Shown piece by piece: positions 8,546 through 17,588 of a stretch of DNA of 33,144 nucleotides. The translations under genes were made by a program, and so were the position numbers. Position 1 is the first letter of the stretch, and every line of letters begins with the position of its first letter. This stretch comes from Sedimentibacter sp. (GTDB lineage Bacteria > Bacillota > Clostridia > Tissierellales > Sedimentibacteraceae). The notes under the pieces were generated by a model, which was not told where the DNA came from, ran no database searches, and saw nothing but the letters and a program-made list of their open reading frames with translations. The stretch covers positions 1 to 33,144 of the forward strand of contig JAQSYS010000001.1 in assembly GCA_029256005.1 (NCBI GenBank). Direction: 5' to 3'.

Positions 8546-9445
8546 TTATGCTACGTCTAAAACTCCGATTTCTTGTTTGTAAATCGCTGTTGCACCTAGT
8601 GAAAAACGAGCTTGTACTTTTACTTCATCGTCATCTTTCGAATACCAATGTTCAAGCTCTGTAGATTTTAAATCTCCACCTGTTTGTAAGTTTCTCGCTC
8701 TTGAATAGACAACTTTATTAGTTCCGTTCAAACCATTAGCGATTTGGAAAATAGCAGTGGTACCGAACAATGTATTATCATCAGTAGCTTGGTAAATATT
8801 TTTACCTGCCAATACAGCTTTATATTTATCATAAACTTCTTTACCTAAAAAGATTCTGAAATCGTCTTGGTCTCTTACTTCAATAGGCATAGCTAAGTAC
8901 GCATTTTGCAATTTTGCAACAATATCAGCACCAGTAATAGTCGATAAATCAAAAGTTCCCGTAGAAATTTGCTTTAAAAATCCATCGATAAATTTCATGT
9001 TACCTGTTTTGGTTTTATCGCCAAGCCATACCAGACGCTCTATTTCAGCTTGGTTTTTGCTAGCAACATCGTCACCGATATGTTCGATAAATAAAGCATC
9101 ATCAAAACCATTTTCACCACGTTGTTTAGCTTTCAAATCTTCAACTGCATAAGTCTTAACTAATGTGCGAGCGCACAAAGGGAATTTCATTGCAATTGGT
9201 TGAACGACCAATACGTTTTGCGCTAATGCCACGCTACCTAATTCAGACAATTTACATGCTGAACCGTCTTGCCAAACTACATCAGTCTCTAATAATTGAA
9301 TAGCTTGATTACCCATTGCGGTTGGGTCAAATGAACCTTGGTTTGTTAAAAATTCAATTGTTTTTCCACCTAAAATGGATTTAAGCATAAACTTTCTTGA
9401 CTGTTCGGAAGTATATGCAGGTAAATTAGTTACGTTATAACTCAT
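8546..9445 (-). CDS. Major capsid protein
   Basis: 299 aa after scaffold; E-x-L-V-W-L-G-D...DGFLK pattern; followed by a terminator. Confidence 0.85.
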   Translation of the reverse strand: MSYNVTNLPAYTSEQSRKFMLKSILGGKTIEFLTNQGSFDPTAMGNQAIQLLETDVVWQDGSACKLSELGSVALAQNVLVVQPIAMKFPLCARTLVKTYAVEDLKAKQRGENGFDDALFIEHIGDDVASKNQAEIERLVWLGDKTKTGNMKFIDGFLKQISTGTFDLSTITGADIVAKLQNAYLAMPIEVRDQDDFRIFLGKEVYDKYKAVLAGKNIYQATDDNTLFGTTAIFQIANGLNGTNKVVYSRARNLQTGGDLKSTELEHWYSKDDDEVKVQARFSLGATAIYKQEIGVLDVA

Positions 9446-9470
9446 TATAATTTTTATATTTTAAAATTGG

Positions 9471-10079
9471 TTAGGCTAACTTTTTTGCAAGACTTGCCCA
9501 TTTATCTTCTTTTACGTCTTCTGCAACCGTATTTTGCTTTGAAAAAGATGCAGGCGTATTTTTTAGGATGGTTTTAAATTCCTCGATTTTGGTATCGATT
9601 TCTTTAGAAAATTCCCCTTTTAATTCTTTGATTGTAGCTTTTAAAGCTTCGATTTCAGCTTTCAAAACATCGACTTCGTTATTATCATCTGTTGGTTCTT
9701 CGGCTAAGTCTTCTTTTTCCTTATCTTCCTCAACACCGTCAATAATCAAATCAATTGCTTCTTCTTCTTTTGATTCTTCAGCATCAACTTTTTCTTCTTC
9801 GTCTTCAGCTTTTAATTCTACTTCAGTCTCTTCATTAGCTACTGTTAACACTTCAGATATTTTACCATCATTAACGATAAAACTATCGCCATTCGGCAAT
9901 TCAACTGTACCGTTCGGGGCTAATTCACTACCTGTTGATGTGCTAACATATACTTCTGCACCGACTGAATTGGACGTATATTCGTATACTGTTTCACCCA
10001 CCGTTGAACTTTTGAAAATGAATTTTGAAACTAAATCGTTAAATTTTTGCTCTAATGCTCTAAATGATTTTATATTCAT
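9471..10079 (-). CDS. Scaffolding protein (start re-called at ATG 10079)
   Basis: APNGTVELPNG...DGKISEV N-domain, very acidic middle, coiled-coil C-terminus; lies between protease and capsid. Confidence 0.75.
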   Translation of the reverse strand: MNIKSFRALEQKFNDLVSKFIFKSSTVGETVYEYTSNSVGAEVYVSTSTGSELAPNGTVELPNGDSFIVNDGKISEVLTVANEETEVELKAEDEEEKVDAEESKEEEAIDLIIDGVEEDKEKEDLAEEPTDDNNEVDVLKAEIEALKATIKELKGEFSKEIDTKIEEFKTILKNTPASFSKQNTVAEDVKEDKWASLAKKLA

Positions 10080-10096
10080 TTTTGTCTTTCTTTCCA

Positions 10097-10107
10097 ATAA
10101 ATATTGG
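10097..10107 (-). promoter_or_regulatory. Late motif CCAATATTTAT copy 3 (scaffold-capsid)
   Basis: Exact 11-mer 17 nt upstream of ATG 10079. Confidence 0.8.
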
Positions 10108-10120
10108 GCGGTTGTTTTTC

Positions 10121-10723
10121 CTATTTTAGAGACTTTAAAGCCTTATCTATTTCTTGTTCAAGTGTGATTTGGGAGTTAAAATTTTGTGTTAATTGGTTGA
10201 TAAAATAGCCCTCAACTGAGAATCCTGTGTATGTTCCGTCTTTGATGAATTTCCAAAGTTTTTGGGAACCTGTATCGGCCTTATCAAGTTGTACACCGAC
10301 TATCCAAGTGCCGTCAATTGCTTCAATTCCGTTCGGAGCATTCAACCCCAAAAATGAATCTACAATATAACTTTGCCACACATGTGCATTAACAAAAGTG
10401 TCCGAATGTTGAAGGTTGATAGAATGCTGATAGCCCGAATAAAAATAGTTTTGTGCAATTGTGCGAATGGTGTCCTTTGAGAAAAACACATCATATTCTT
10501 CTTTGGTGGCTCCATCAAAACGTGGTATTATTTTATCAGGTATCATTGCCACTCCTATTAATTCCATCCTATCCTCATTAGCAACGGCAAAGGTTTCTTT
10601 CTTTTCTTGCTTTGAGAATGCTAAAAATGAACTCTCAACAGCAGGGGAATCAACAATTGAAATCACGTTTACGTCCATACCTATATCGGGATTTACTTTT
10701 AGCTCATAAAGTTTTCTATCCAT
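10121..10723 (-). CDS. XkdF-like prohead serine protease
   Basis: ISIVDSPAVES, GVAMIPD, NLQH, GTWIVG and TGFSVEG motifs. Confidence 0.85.
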   Translation of the reverse strand: MDRKLYELKVNPDIGMDVNVISIVDSPAVESSFLAFSKQEKKETFAVANEDRMELIGVAMIPDKIIPRFDGATKEEYDVFFSKDTIRTIAQNYFYSGYQHSINLQHSDTFVNAHVWQSYIVDSFLGLNAPNGIEAIDGTWIVGVQLDKADTGSQKLWKFIKDGTYTGFSVEGYFINQLTQNFNSQITLEQEIDKALKSLK

Positions 10724-10734
10724 ATTTTTTTTAA

Positions 10735-10745
10735 ATAAATATTGG
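10735..10745 (-). promoter_or_regulatory. Late motif CCAATATTTAT copy 4 (protease)
   Basis: Exact 11-mer 11 nt upstream of ATG 10723. Confidence 0.8.
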
Positions 10746-10754
10746 ATGTAGAAT

Positions 10755-10780
10755 AAAAAACCCCTCGGTTATGATGGGCT
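10755..10780 (-). terminator. Weak intrinsic terminator after tape measure gene
   Basis: Imperfect AGCCCATC/GAGGGGTT stem followed by a T run. Confidence 0.45.
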
Positions 10781-10785
10781 AAAAA

Positions 10786-13515
10786 TCAATAGCTCGATGT
10801 TCTTTTTATAAATTGGTTTTTTTGTTCGTTTGTCTCAATATCAGAATTAGTAATATAAGCTTTGACAACTTGATTTTCGTTGCTTTGGGTGATTACATCG
10901 CTCAGTTTATCTGTACCGTTTTCAGCCGTTTTTAGAACTGTTGAATTAATCACCGGTGCGCTGAATGATGGTGCGTCTGCTCCTGCTCCACCTGAGCCAT
11001 TATCATTAGGCACTTTGACTGATATTATTTTTTTAACAGTATTCAAGCCTGATAATATGACCGATGCCATTGCAGGAATATTTGCAGGAAATGGAACGGT
11101 ATCTAATACTTTTGCGCCTGCTGAATAAGAACTAATCAAAGAACTTGAAATTGCTAAAGTTTTACCTAATGCTGTGCTTTCCCCTAGTAATTGACTTGCT
11201 TGTTCCGTTGCATCTCCGATTGCTCCTAGTTTTTCAAGTTTTGCTTTTTTCTCTTCTTCGTCGATTTTTTTCTTTGCTTTTACGTTTGCCTTTTCAACTT
11301 TCAAAATGTTGTCATTGTGCTTTTTTGTAGCATCTTCAATTTCCTTATTATTTGCGTCAATAGCACCCAATTTTGCATTCAATTCAGCCTGCACATTAGT
11401 TATTTCATTCGCATTAATTGCAGGGTCTAACATTAACTCTTTTAACCTCGCTTGACCTTCTTCGTATAACCTTTGGATTTCGGAATTTTCAAGATTTTTA
11501 GACTCCGTTGTTATAAGCAGTAAAGTATCTTCGTAATCTTTTGTAGCTTGTAACTGAGCATCTAACTTTTGTTTTTGGATTTTAAAGCTATCATCTTCGT
11601 TTATCTCATTTGTGGTTGAAGAGGAATTTAAATCCTTTTCCGCTTCCTTTTGGGAAATGGCTAATTGCTTCAATTGGGATAAGTACAATAATTGATTATT
11701 CAGCCTTACATCTAAATCAGCTTTTTGTTCTGTTGTCGCATTTTCTTTTTGCCTATTATAACCTTCGATGGTCTCTAAGTACTCACGGCTGAAATCATCA
11801 AGGAATTGACGACTATTGCCCTTTATATAGTTAAAATATTCATCATCATATTTCTTGTTGATAATATTACGTTCTATTCTTTCGGATTGTTCGAGCTTAC
11901 TAATATCTTGATTTAGCTTTCTCGCTACTGCAATCTGTTCTTTGTATTTGTCAGATAGATTTTTTAAATCTGTCTGTCTTGAATTGTGGTTGGAAGCATA
12001 AGTGATTTTTTCAGCTTCTTTAAGATAGCCTTTAAGTTGATTAAGTAATGTATCATATTCTTGCTTTGCCTTATCTTCTCGCTCTTTAGCAAGGTCACTT
12101 ATACGCTTTCGTTCTGAAAGTATTAATACATTGCGCTCCGTATTGAGTTCAATGAGTTGCTTTTGCTCTTCGTCATTCAGCTTCTTATTGACTTTAGCCG
12201 TTTCAATTAAAGATTGACGTTTTAAGGAGTTTTGTCTTAAACTTAATTCATAGATTTCTTTTTCTTTATTTCCTTGCGCTTGGAGCATCTCGATTTGACT
12301 TGCAATTCCTGTTGTAATACCTTCATTCAACTTTTTCAATCGCTCTAACTGCCTTTCAGCTTCCGAGGTAATACCGATAAAATCCGTCACTTTCTCAATG
12401 ATTTTGCCCACAAATTCCGCTACATCTTTAAGCCCTGGGACAAGATTAAAAACAACTTTTTTAAGCTTGTCAAAATTGGCGATTAGGTAAGTCAACCCAG
12501 CAATTAAAATCCCTATCCCCACGGCTTTAAAGGCGGTACCAAAGGCTGTTGTTGCTGTTGTTGCCCCCTGTGTTGCAGATGTTAATGTACCCGTTGCATC
12601 GCTTGCCGTCTCTGTTGCATCAGCTATATTATTTATTGTATCGGTTGCTTCTTTTGCTTGTTTGAAGGAAGTTATTAAAGTTGTCCATTGTTTGCGGAAT
12701 TGGTTCAAAGACTGCAACCCCTGCATTATAGATTGCAATTGCATAAGCTTTGCAATATTCTCTTCCGCTCCCTTGCTCTCGATTCCCATTAATTGCAATG
12801 CTCCTGTGACACCACCAAGCACCCCAGTAAGGTTTTCACCTGCTTCAACGAATTTGCCCCATTTATCGGCTGATAGCGAATCAACGGCCATATCAACATT
12901 GATGACATGTTGCTTCAATTCAGCAACTTTGTTCAGAATATTGTTAAACTCCTCGGTACCCGTTTGCCCTGCCTGAGCCATAGCATATAAACGGTCTTCA
13001 AGCAATCCTATAGTCTGATTAGTGTCAACAAATCCATTCTCTAAAGCGTCAATTTGGAGTGTTAAATCTTTGGCTTCATTAGCTAATTGCTGTAATCGCA
13101 AAGGGTCTTTTGAACTTCTCTGCTCGTCACGGAGCTTTGATAATAAGTCATCCATTTCGTCCAATGAGAGGATAGTATTTTTTAACTCTTTATTATCCGT
13201 TTGGGGTTTGATTTTGTTCTTGTTAACATCGTCAATGCTTTCATTTAAATCTTCAACGACCTTACCAATATTTTGAATTTCGTCAACTTTGGAAGAGGGT
13301 TGAATAATTATCTCATTTAGGTCTTTGATTGCTTTTGTAGTTTGGTCAATCTCCATATTGACTTGTGCAAGTGCATCGCCACTGACTTTTAATTTAACCT
13401 CTTCCAACGCATCAAGCTTCTTTTCAAGTTCTTGAATTTTTTTCTCTGCTGATTCAACATCAATTTGGACACCAAGTAATATTTCTTCTTTATTGTTACT
13501 GCCTTTAATAGCCAT
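10786..13515 (-). CDS. Tape measure protein
   Basis: 909 aa, long coiled-coils, Ala/Thr-rich stretch, GIGILIAGL hydrophobic segment, C-terminal VKAYIT..D motif. Confidence 0.85.
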   Translation of the reverse strand: MAIKGSNNKEEILLGVQIDVESAEKKIQELEKKLDALEEVKLKVSGDALAQVNMEIDQTTKAIKDLNEIIIQPSSKVDEIQNIGKVVEDLNESIDDVNKNKIKPQTDNKELKNTILSLDEMDDLLSKLRDEQRSSKDPLRLQQLANEAKDLTLQIDALENGFVDTNQTIGLLEDRLYAMAQAGQTGTEEFNNILNKVAELKQHVINVDMAVDSLSADKWGKFVEAGENLTGVLGGVTGALQLMGIESKGAEENIAKLMQLQSIMQGLQSLNQFRKQWTTLITSFKQAKEATDTINNIADATETASDATGTLTSATQGATTATTAFGTAFKAVGIGILIAGLTYLIANFDKLKKVVFNLVPGLKDVAEFVGKIIEKVTDFIGITSEAERQLERLKKLNEGITTGIASQIEMLQAQGNKEKEIYELSLRQNSLKRQSLIETAKVNKKLNDEEQKQLIELNTERNVLILSERKRISDLAKEREDKAKQEYDTLLNQLKGYLKEAEKITYASNHNSRQTDLKNLSDKYKEQIAVARKLNQDISKLEQSERIERNIINKKYDDEYFNYIKGNSRQFLDDFSREYLETIEGYNRQKENATTEQKADLDVRLNNQLLYLSQLKQLAISQKEAEKDLNSSSTTNEINEDDSFKIQKQKLDAQLQATKDYEDTLLLITTESKNLENSEIQRLYEEGQARLKELMLDPAINANEITNVQAELNAKLGAIDANNKEIEDATKKHNDNILKVEKANVKAKKKIDEEEKKAKLEKLGAIGDATEQASQLLGESTALGKTLAISSSLISSYSAGAKVLDTVPFPANIPAMASVILSGLNTVKKIISVKVPNDNGSGGAGADAPSFSAPVINSTVLKTAENGTDKLSDVITQSNENQVVKAYITNSDIETNEQKNQFIKRTSSY

Positions 13516-13525
13516 AATTTTTTAG

Positions 13526-13536
13526 ATAAATATTGG
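13526..13536 (-). promoter_or_regulatory. Late motif CCAATATTTAT copy 5 (tape measure)
   Basis: Exact 11-mer 10 nt upstream of ATG 13515, downstream of a terminator. Confidence 0.8.
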
Positions 13537-13558
13537 CTCAATGGCAAAGGGTGGAAAC

Positions 13559-13585
13559 AAAAAAGGCTCCCCGATCAGGGGAGCC
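13559..13585 (-). terminator. Intrinsic terminator after hub gene
   Basis: GGCTCCCC-TGATC-GGGGAGCC-TTTTTT. Confidence 0.85.
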
Positions 13586-13640
13586 ATCATTATACATACT
13601 CTGGTAGATATATGTGGGTCTTTGTTTGAACAAATATATC

Positions 13641-15896
13641 TTATACAGTTATTTTTTGCAACTTACATTTTGACAACAGCGTGTTGTTATTGTAATTTAC
13701 CTCTAGAAGCTTAAAGTATGTATTACCGTCCTCATTCTCCACATAGATTGGCTTAGTAAAATCTAGTTGTTCAATATCTTCTTTCCTAAGGTATATTTCA
13801 ACTTCCAATACGGTCAAATTGTTATCCGTCAACTCCTTTATCCTATTGGTGTAGTATAGATAGAAGAGGGATTTTGATTTATTAATTGCGGTAAAATCAT
13901 ACGTCATCAAGTTGAATGGAATATCAAAAAGTAACATCCCTTCAAATACGTCGGACACATTCCATTTTAGCATACTACAGTAATTGTAATTCGGTCGATA
14001 GCCTATTAATGTATCACCATTTTTAATTTCGTAAGAAGGCGATACCGATTTTAGACCATTATTGTAGAGCATCCTAATGTTTGATTTAAAAGGCTTCTTT
14101 TCCCCCATCAATGAATCACTTTCGTAAAGTATTGGAAGATTTTTTAAATCCTTTGAATGACTCAAATTTTGAGTTGGTGAAAAAATCAATTCAACTGCAT
14201 TATCGTCTTCTGTTCCGTTTTCATTAATTACCGAATAGTCACCAAAGTTTGATTTGTATGTATTTTGATAATAACTATTCATCATATCGTTATCCTCTGT
14301 GAATTTGAATGAATAACTTTTTGGCAAATCAATATTGGTTTTGAATTTCGCTTTGCTCCACTCAATTTTATTGCTCCAGTCTTTCGCATTTGAGGAGTTT
14401 AAAGTGATAATGTCCTTATAAAAATCATTGTAGGTAGATAATATAAATCTATTGGGAATGTCTTTATCTTGGTATAAATAGAGATTGAACATTTGCATCA
14501 CTGACTTTAGAAAATCCACAATCTTAACATCCTTTGGAATGTAATTAAATACGTCAATTGTGTCATTGTAATCAACGCTTATTTCCGTTGTTGTATTTGG
14601 TTTCCCTACTTGTATAGCGATGTTATCAAATTCAATTCCCGTCTCATTTTTTGAATTGGCAGCGGTCTGGTCCTCCCGAAAAAATACAAATGCAAATTCC
14701 CCTTGTAAGTTATCCACTTGCAAATCAAATTCCATATTAAATTCCTGACTTACATTAATATCCGTTTTCTGCACCTTTGTATAATGCTTCAATTGCCCCT
14801 GCTCTAGCTTGTTCGCTCCTGCTACATCGGCAAGTCCTACCATCCAAGTACCTATTGTACCCTTTGGCATCACTAAGCGAAAACGCAAACGCAATGTACA
14901 ATTCACATACTTATCGTTTGGTCTTAAAGTAGGCATAGACAATTGTGTTACTCCGCCCCCTCCGCTAGATTCCCAAAGCTTGAAATTTGTCTTTGTTCCA
15001 ACTGTCCAAAAATCATCAACAGACGAATTAAATTGATTTGCCACTCCATTGATAGTTTGCAAGGTTCCATTATCACCTACCTGCCCAGGATTGAACATTA
15101 ATATCTTAGTCACTAGACCTTCTTCAATACGAGTAAAGTTTTCAAAGTTATTTGGGATGAATACGTTATTAATAATGCCATCAATTTTTGACAAATCGAC
15201 CGCGTTATTGTTTAATAACGTGTTATCTTGTTTTCTTTGAGTGTAAATTTGCTTTGTTTCGTCAAATCGAAACCCCTTAAAGATTGCGTTGAAATAGGAT
15301 TTCAGATAGAATGCAGGTCGTAAATTGTTTATATCGTAGTTATTATCATATTGGTCATAATTACCTGTACGATAATCGACACCGTAATCGAGCATTGGGA
15401 ATAAATAAGATGATGTTGAACTTATCCAAGTTGGAGTAATGTAAGTGTAATTAAATTGCACGGTCTCCGATAAGCTATCAAGTTCATGTAAGTAACGGTC
15501 TTTGATATTACCCATGAAGCTAACGACCTCCCCTGTTATCACTGCATTGTATTCGGTTTTATTGAAATCAACAATTTGCAATTTGCCTTTTAACAATTGA
15601 GTACTATCTTCATAAAGTTGGCAATTAACCAATTGGTTAGGGGTATAGTTATGCCCTAATTGTTGGTGATACATTGGGGATGAAAATGTAGAAATATCAA
15701 ATAGATTACCAAGCGCAATATTGTTATTTTTTGTACGTAATAACTTTATATCATATGTAATGGTATCATTACGCTTTGTTATATCTTGAAGGTTTTCAAC
15801 AGCAAAAACAGTTGAAGTGTCGAACGTATCAATATCAAGTTCAAAGACTTCATTATTGCCGTCCGACATTATGAATAGATTGTATTTTTTGACCAT
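13641..15896 (-). CDS. Tail tip/baseplate hub-like structural protein
   Basis: 751 aa adjacent to tape measure; DITKR...TKNNN...LLKGKLQI N-terminus and DFLKSVMQMFNLY motif typical of Bacteroidota phage tail proteins. Confidence 0.7.
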   Translation of the reverse strand: MVKKYNLFIMSDGNNEVFELDIDTFDTSTVFAVENLQDITKRNDTITYDIKLLRTKNNNIALGNLFDISTFSSPMYHQQLGHNYTPNQLVNCQLYEDSTQLLKGKLQIVDFNKTEYNAVITGEVVSFMGNIKDRYLHELDSLSETVQFNYTYITPTWISSTSSYLFPMLDYGVDYRTGNYDQYDNNYDINNLRPAFYLKSYFNAIFKGFRFDETKQIYTQRKQDNTLLNNNAVDLSKIDGIINNVFIPNNFENFTRIEEGLVTKILMFNPGQVGDNGTLQTINGVANQFNSSVDDFWTVGTKTNFKLWESSGGGGVTQLSMPTLRPNDKYVNCTLRLRFRLVMPKGTIGTWMVGLADVAGANKLEQGQLKHYTKVQKTDINVSQEFNMEFDLQVDNLQGEFAFVFFREDQTAANSKNETGIEFDNIAIQVGKPNTTTEISVDYNDTIDVFNYIPKDVKIVDFLKSVMQMFNLYLYQDKDIPNRFILSTYNDFYKDIITLNSSNAKDWSNKIEWSKAKFKTNIDLPKSYSFKFTEDNDMMNSYYQNTYKSNFGDYSVINENGTEDDNAVELIFSPTQNLSHSKDLKNLPILYESDSLMGEKKPFKSNIRMLYNNGLKSVSPSYEIKNGDTLIGYRPNYNYCSMLKWNVSDVFEGMLLFDIPFNLMTYDFTAINKSKSLFYLYYTNRIKELTDNNLTVLEVEIYLRKEDIEQLDFTKPIYVENEDGNTYFKLLEVNYNNNTLLSKCKLQKITV

Positions 15897-15904
15897 CTTT
15901 TACC

Positions 15905-15915
15905 ATAAATATTGG
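15905..15915 (-). promoter_or_regulatory. Late motif CCAATATTTAT copy 6 (hub)
   Basis: Exact 11-mer 8 nt upstream of ATG 15896. Confidence 0.8.
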
Positions 15916-15932
15916 CAGAACAGTATATAAAC

Positions 15933-16706
15933 TTATCCCTTTACGAGCTTGTATTCTTCGATAAATAGCTCGTACTCACTTCTTGCAAAACTTGTACACA
16001 TCTTAATATGTCTATTTAAATCTTTCAAATAGGGAGATTGATTGTATGTTTCAAAATTTTGAATTTCTGGTAAAAACCAATCATGAAATATTGATATAAT
16101 ATCAGTTAGGTCATTTGAGATTGAAAGCATAATAAATTCTTTTATTCTATGTTTGTCTGACTCTTTTAAATTATACGTAACTAGTATGTTCGCATAAAGA
16201 AAAAACTGGCCTGATAAAAACTGAAATACTTCCAAACAAGCTTTTTGCCTATGTGGTATGCTAATTAACTTATCTTTTAAAAACACTTCAATCGAAATTG
16301 AAGATTCATCACTCGCTTTCAAATAACTAGTAATAAGCCACTTACAATGATATTCATATTTACCGAACAAGGTTTTGTCGAACTCGTTACTCCTTTTAAA
16401 TTCATGCAGAGTATGCTCTAATTTTCTATTAATTATATCTAATGCTCTGTTGAATTCTAATTCTTTTTTACTTTCGTCAATTTCAATTTTTTGAATATCA
16501 ATTTGTTCTTCTTGCTTTTTATATGTTTTAAAAACAAAATAAATTGTCATCGCATTTATCCCCAATCCAAATATATTGTTTATCGTATCATATAAAGTTT
16601 TATCTGCTTCGTTCGCCTTACTATTGATGAATAATAGATATAGAATTATATAAGACATGATTGCTATGAGTCCGATAATAAGACGTCGTTTGTTTTTATT
16701 TTTCAT
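15933..16706 (-). CDS. Moron: membrane protein, 2 TM + coiled-coil + helical domain (start re-called at ATG 16706)
   Basis: MKNKNKRR-hydrophobic; second TM followed by QEEQIDIQKIEI. Confidence 0.75.
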   Translation of the reverse strand: MKNKNKRRLIIGLIAIMSYIILYLLFINSKANEADKTLYDTINNIFGLGINAMTIYFVFKTYKKQEEQIDIQKIEIDESKKELEFNRALDIINRKLEHTLHEFKRSNEFDKTLFGKYEYHCKWLITSYLKASDESSISIEVFLKDKLISIPHRQKACLEVFQFLSGQFFLYANILVTYNLKESDKHRIKEFIMLSISNDLTDIISIFHDWFLPEIQNFETYNQSPYLKDLNRHIKMCTSFARSEYELFIEEYKLVKG

Positions 16707-16853
16707 AAAATATATGGTATTTTTTAGCTTAATATAGTCAAAGATAAGCAAGATATACAAACATTTTGAGTATAGTAAAATCTCTGGAACATGTTTCAAT
16801 ATTGCCACTATAACCTATCCCCCCTTTTAATTATAATAGTCTCTAAAATAAAA

Positions 16854-16870
16854 TACTAAAATAATTAGCA
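16854..16870. promoter_or_regulatory. CTAA-N5-TTAG palindrome, candidate Bacteroidota SOS box
   Basis: TACTAA-AATAA-TTAGCA just upstream of TAATTTTG (-7) and ATG 16901. Confidence 0.6.
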
Positions 16871-16900
16871 ATCATAAAAATCCATTTATAATTTTGTTAG

Positions 16901-17392
16901 ATGGAGAATTTGGAATTTGTATATAGAAACAAACAGTATAGTGTATTTATTAAGGTAGTGGATGAGGGTAAAACAACAATTGATTATTACGTATTTGGTA
17001 AGAATAATTCAAAATTCCTATTCAAACAACAATACCACCTTTGGCGGTTGGAAGAAGGTAATTTAAACAAGGAATTAGAGAATATAATCATTGACGCTTT
17101 AATACATAAATACGAATCTAAAATGCTTTGTCTTGCATATTACGGTGAAAAAAGAGAAATAATAACAGTATCAAATCTTAATTATACTGGTCAAAAATAT
17201 GCCTACAGATTCATGTGTAATAATAGCGATTTGGGAAGTTTATATTATTGTGAAATTCAGGGCTGGATAAGTAACTTAACACTTAAATTCTCCGCACAAT
17301 GGTTCACGGCTGCTGACTTGAATATTGTCATTGAAATGATAGAGAACAACCAATTTCCGTGGCTTAAATCCATAAATAAAAAACGCTCATAG
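16901..17392 (+). CDS. Moron: hypothetical protein (163 aa)
   Basis: ORF antisense to the late genes with its own promoter/operator. Confidence 0.75.
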   Translation: MENLEFVYRNKQYSVFIKVVDEGKTTIDYYVFGKNNSKFLFKQQYHLWRLEEGNLNKELENIIIDALIHKYESKMLCLAYYGEKREIITVSNLNYTGQKYAYRFMCNNSDLGSLYYCEIQGWISNLTLKFSAQWFTAADLNIVIEMIENNQFPWLKSINKKRS

Positions 17393-17432
17393 ATGGGGAG
17401 TCTATCGAGCGTTTACTACCTATGAAAAACTG
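17374..17432 (-). ncRNA. Candidate small RNA B
   Basis: Upstream AAAC-N17-TGTTAT (17437-17463); TTTTTCATA tract; terminator hairpin with CTCCCCA loop and T run. Confidence 0.45.
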
Positions 17433-17478
17433 TTTGATAACAATATGCCACCCAATAAAGTTTTGAAAATTTTAAAAC

Positions 17479-17548
17479 AAAAAAGCCCTAGCACTTGGGG
17501 AGTAACTAGGGCTTTGCCATATATTAACCTATTTTATGAAACGTTTGG
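17479..17548 (-). ncRNA. Candidate small RNA A (its hairpin also terminates the appendage gene)
   Basis: Upstream AAAC-N17-TGTTAT (17552-17578); TTTCATA tract; AAAGCCCTAG..CTCCCCA..CTAGGGCTTTTTT hairpin. Confidence 0.45.
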
Positions 17549-17588
17549 ACTATAACAGTGTCAAGTTTTATTTAGTTTGAATTATTTT

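Noticed and set aside
9568-10167. 199-aa plus-strand ORF
   Set aside because: Ser/Phe-rich antisense shadow of the Glu/Lys-rich scaffold gene
16806-16817. Isolated CACTATAACCTA matching the tandem repeat (similar CTACATTATAA near 792)
   Set aside because: Single short AT-rich matches with no supporting context; may be chance
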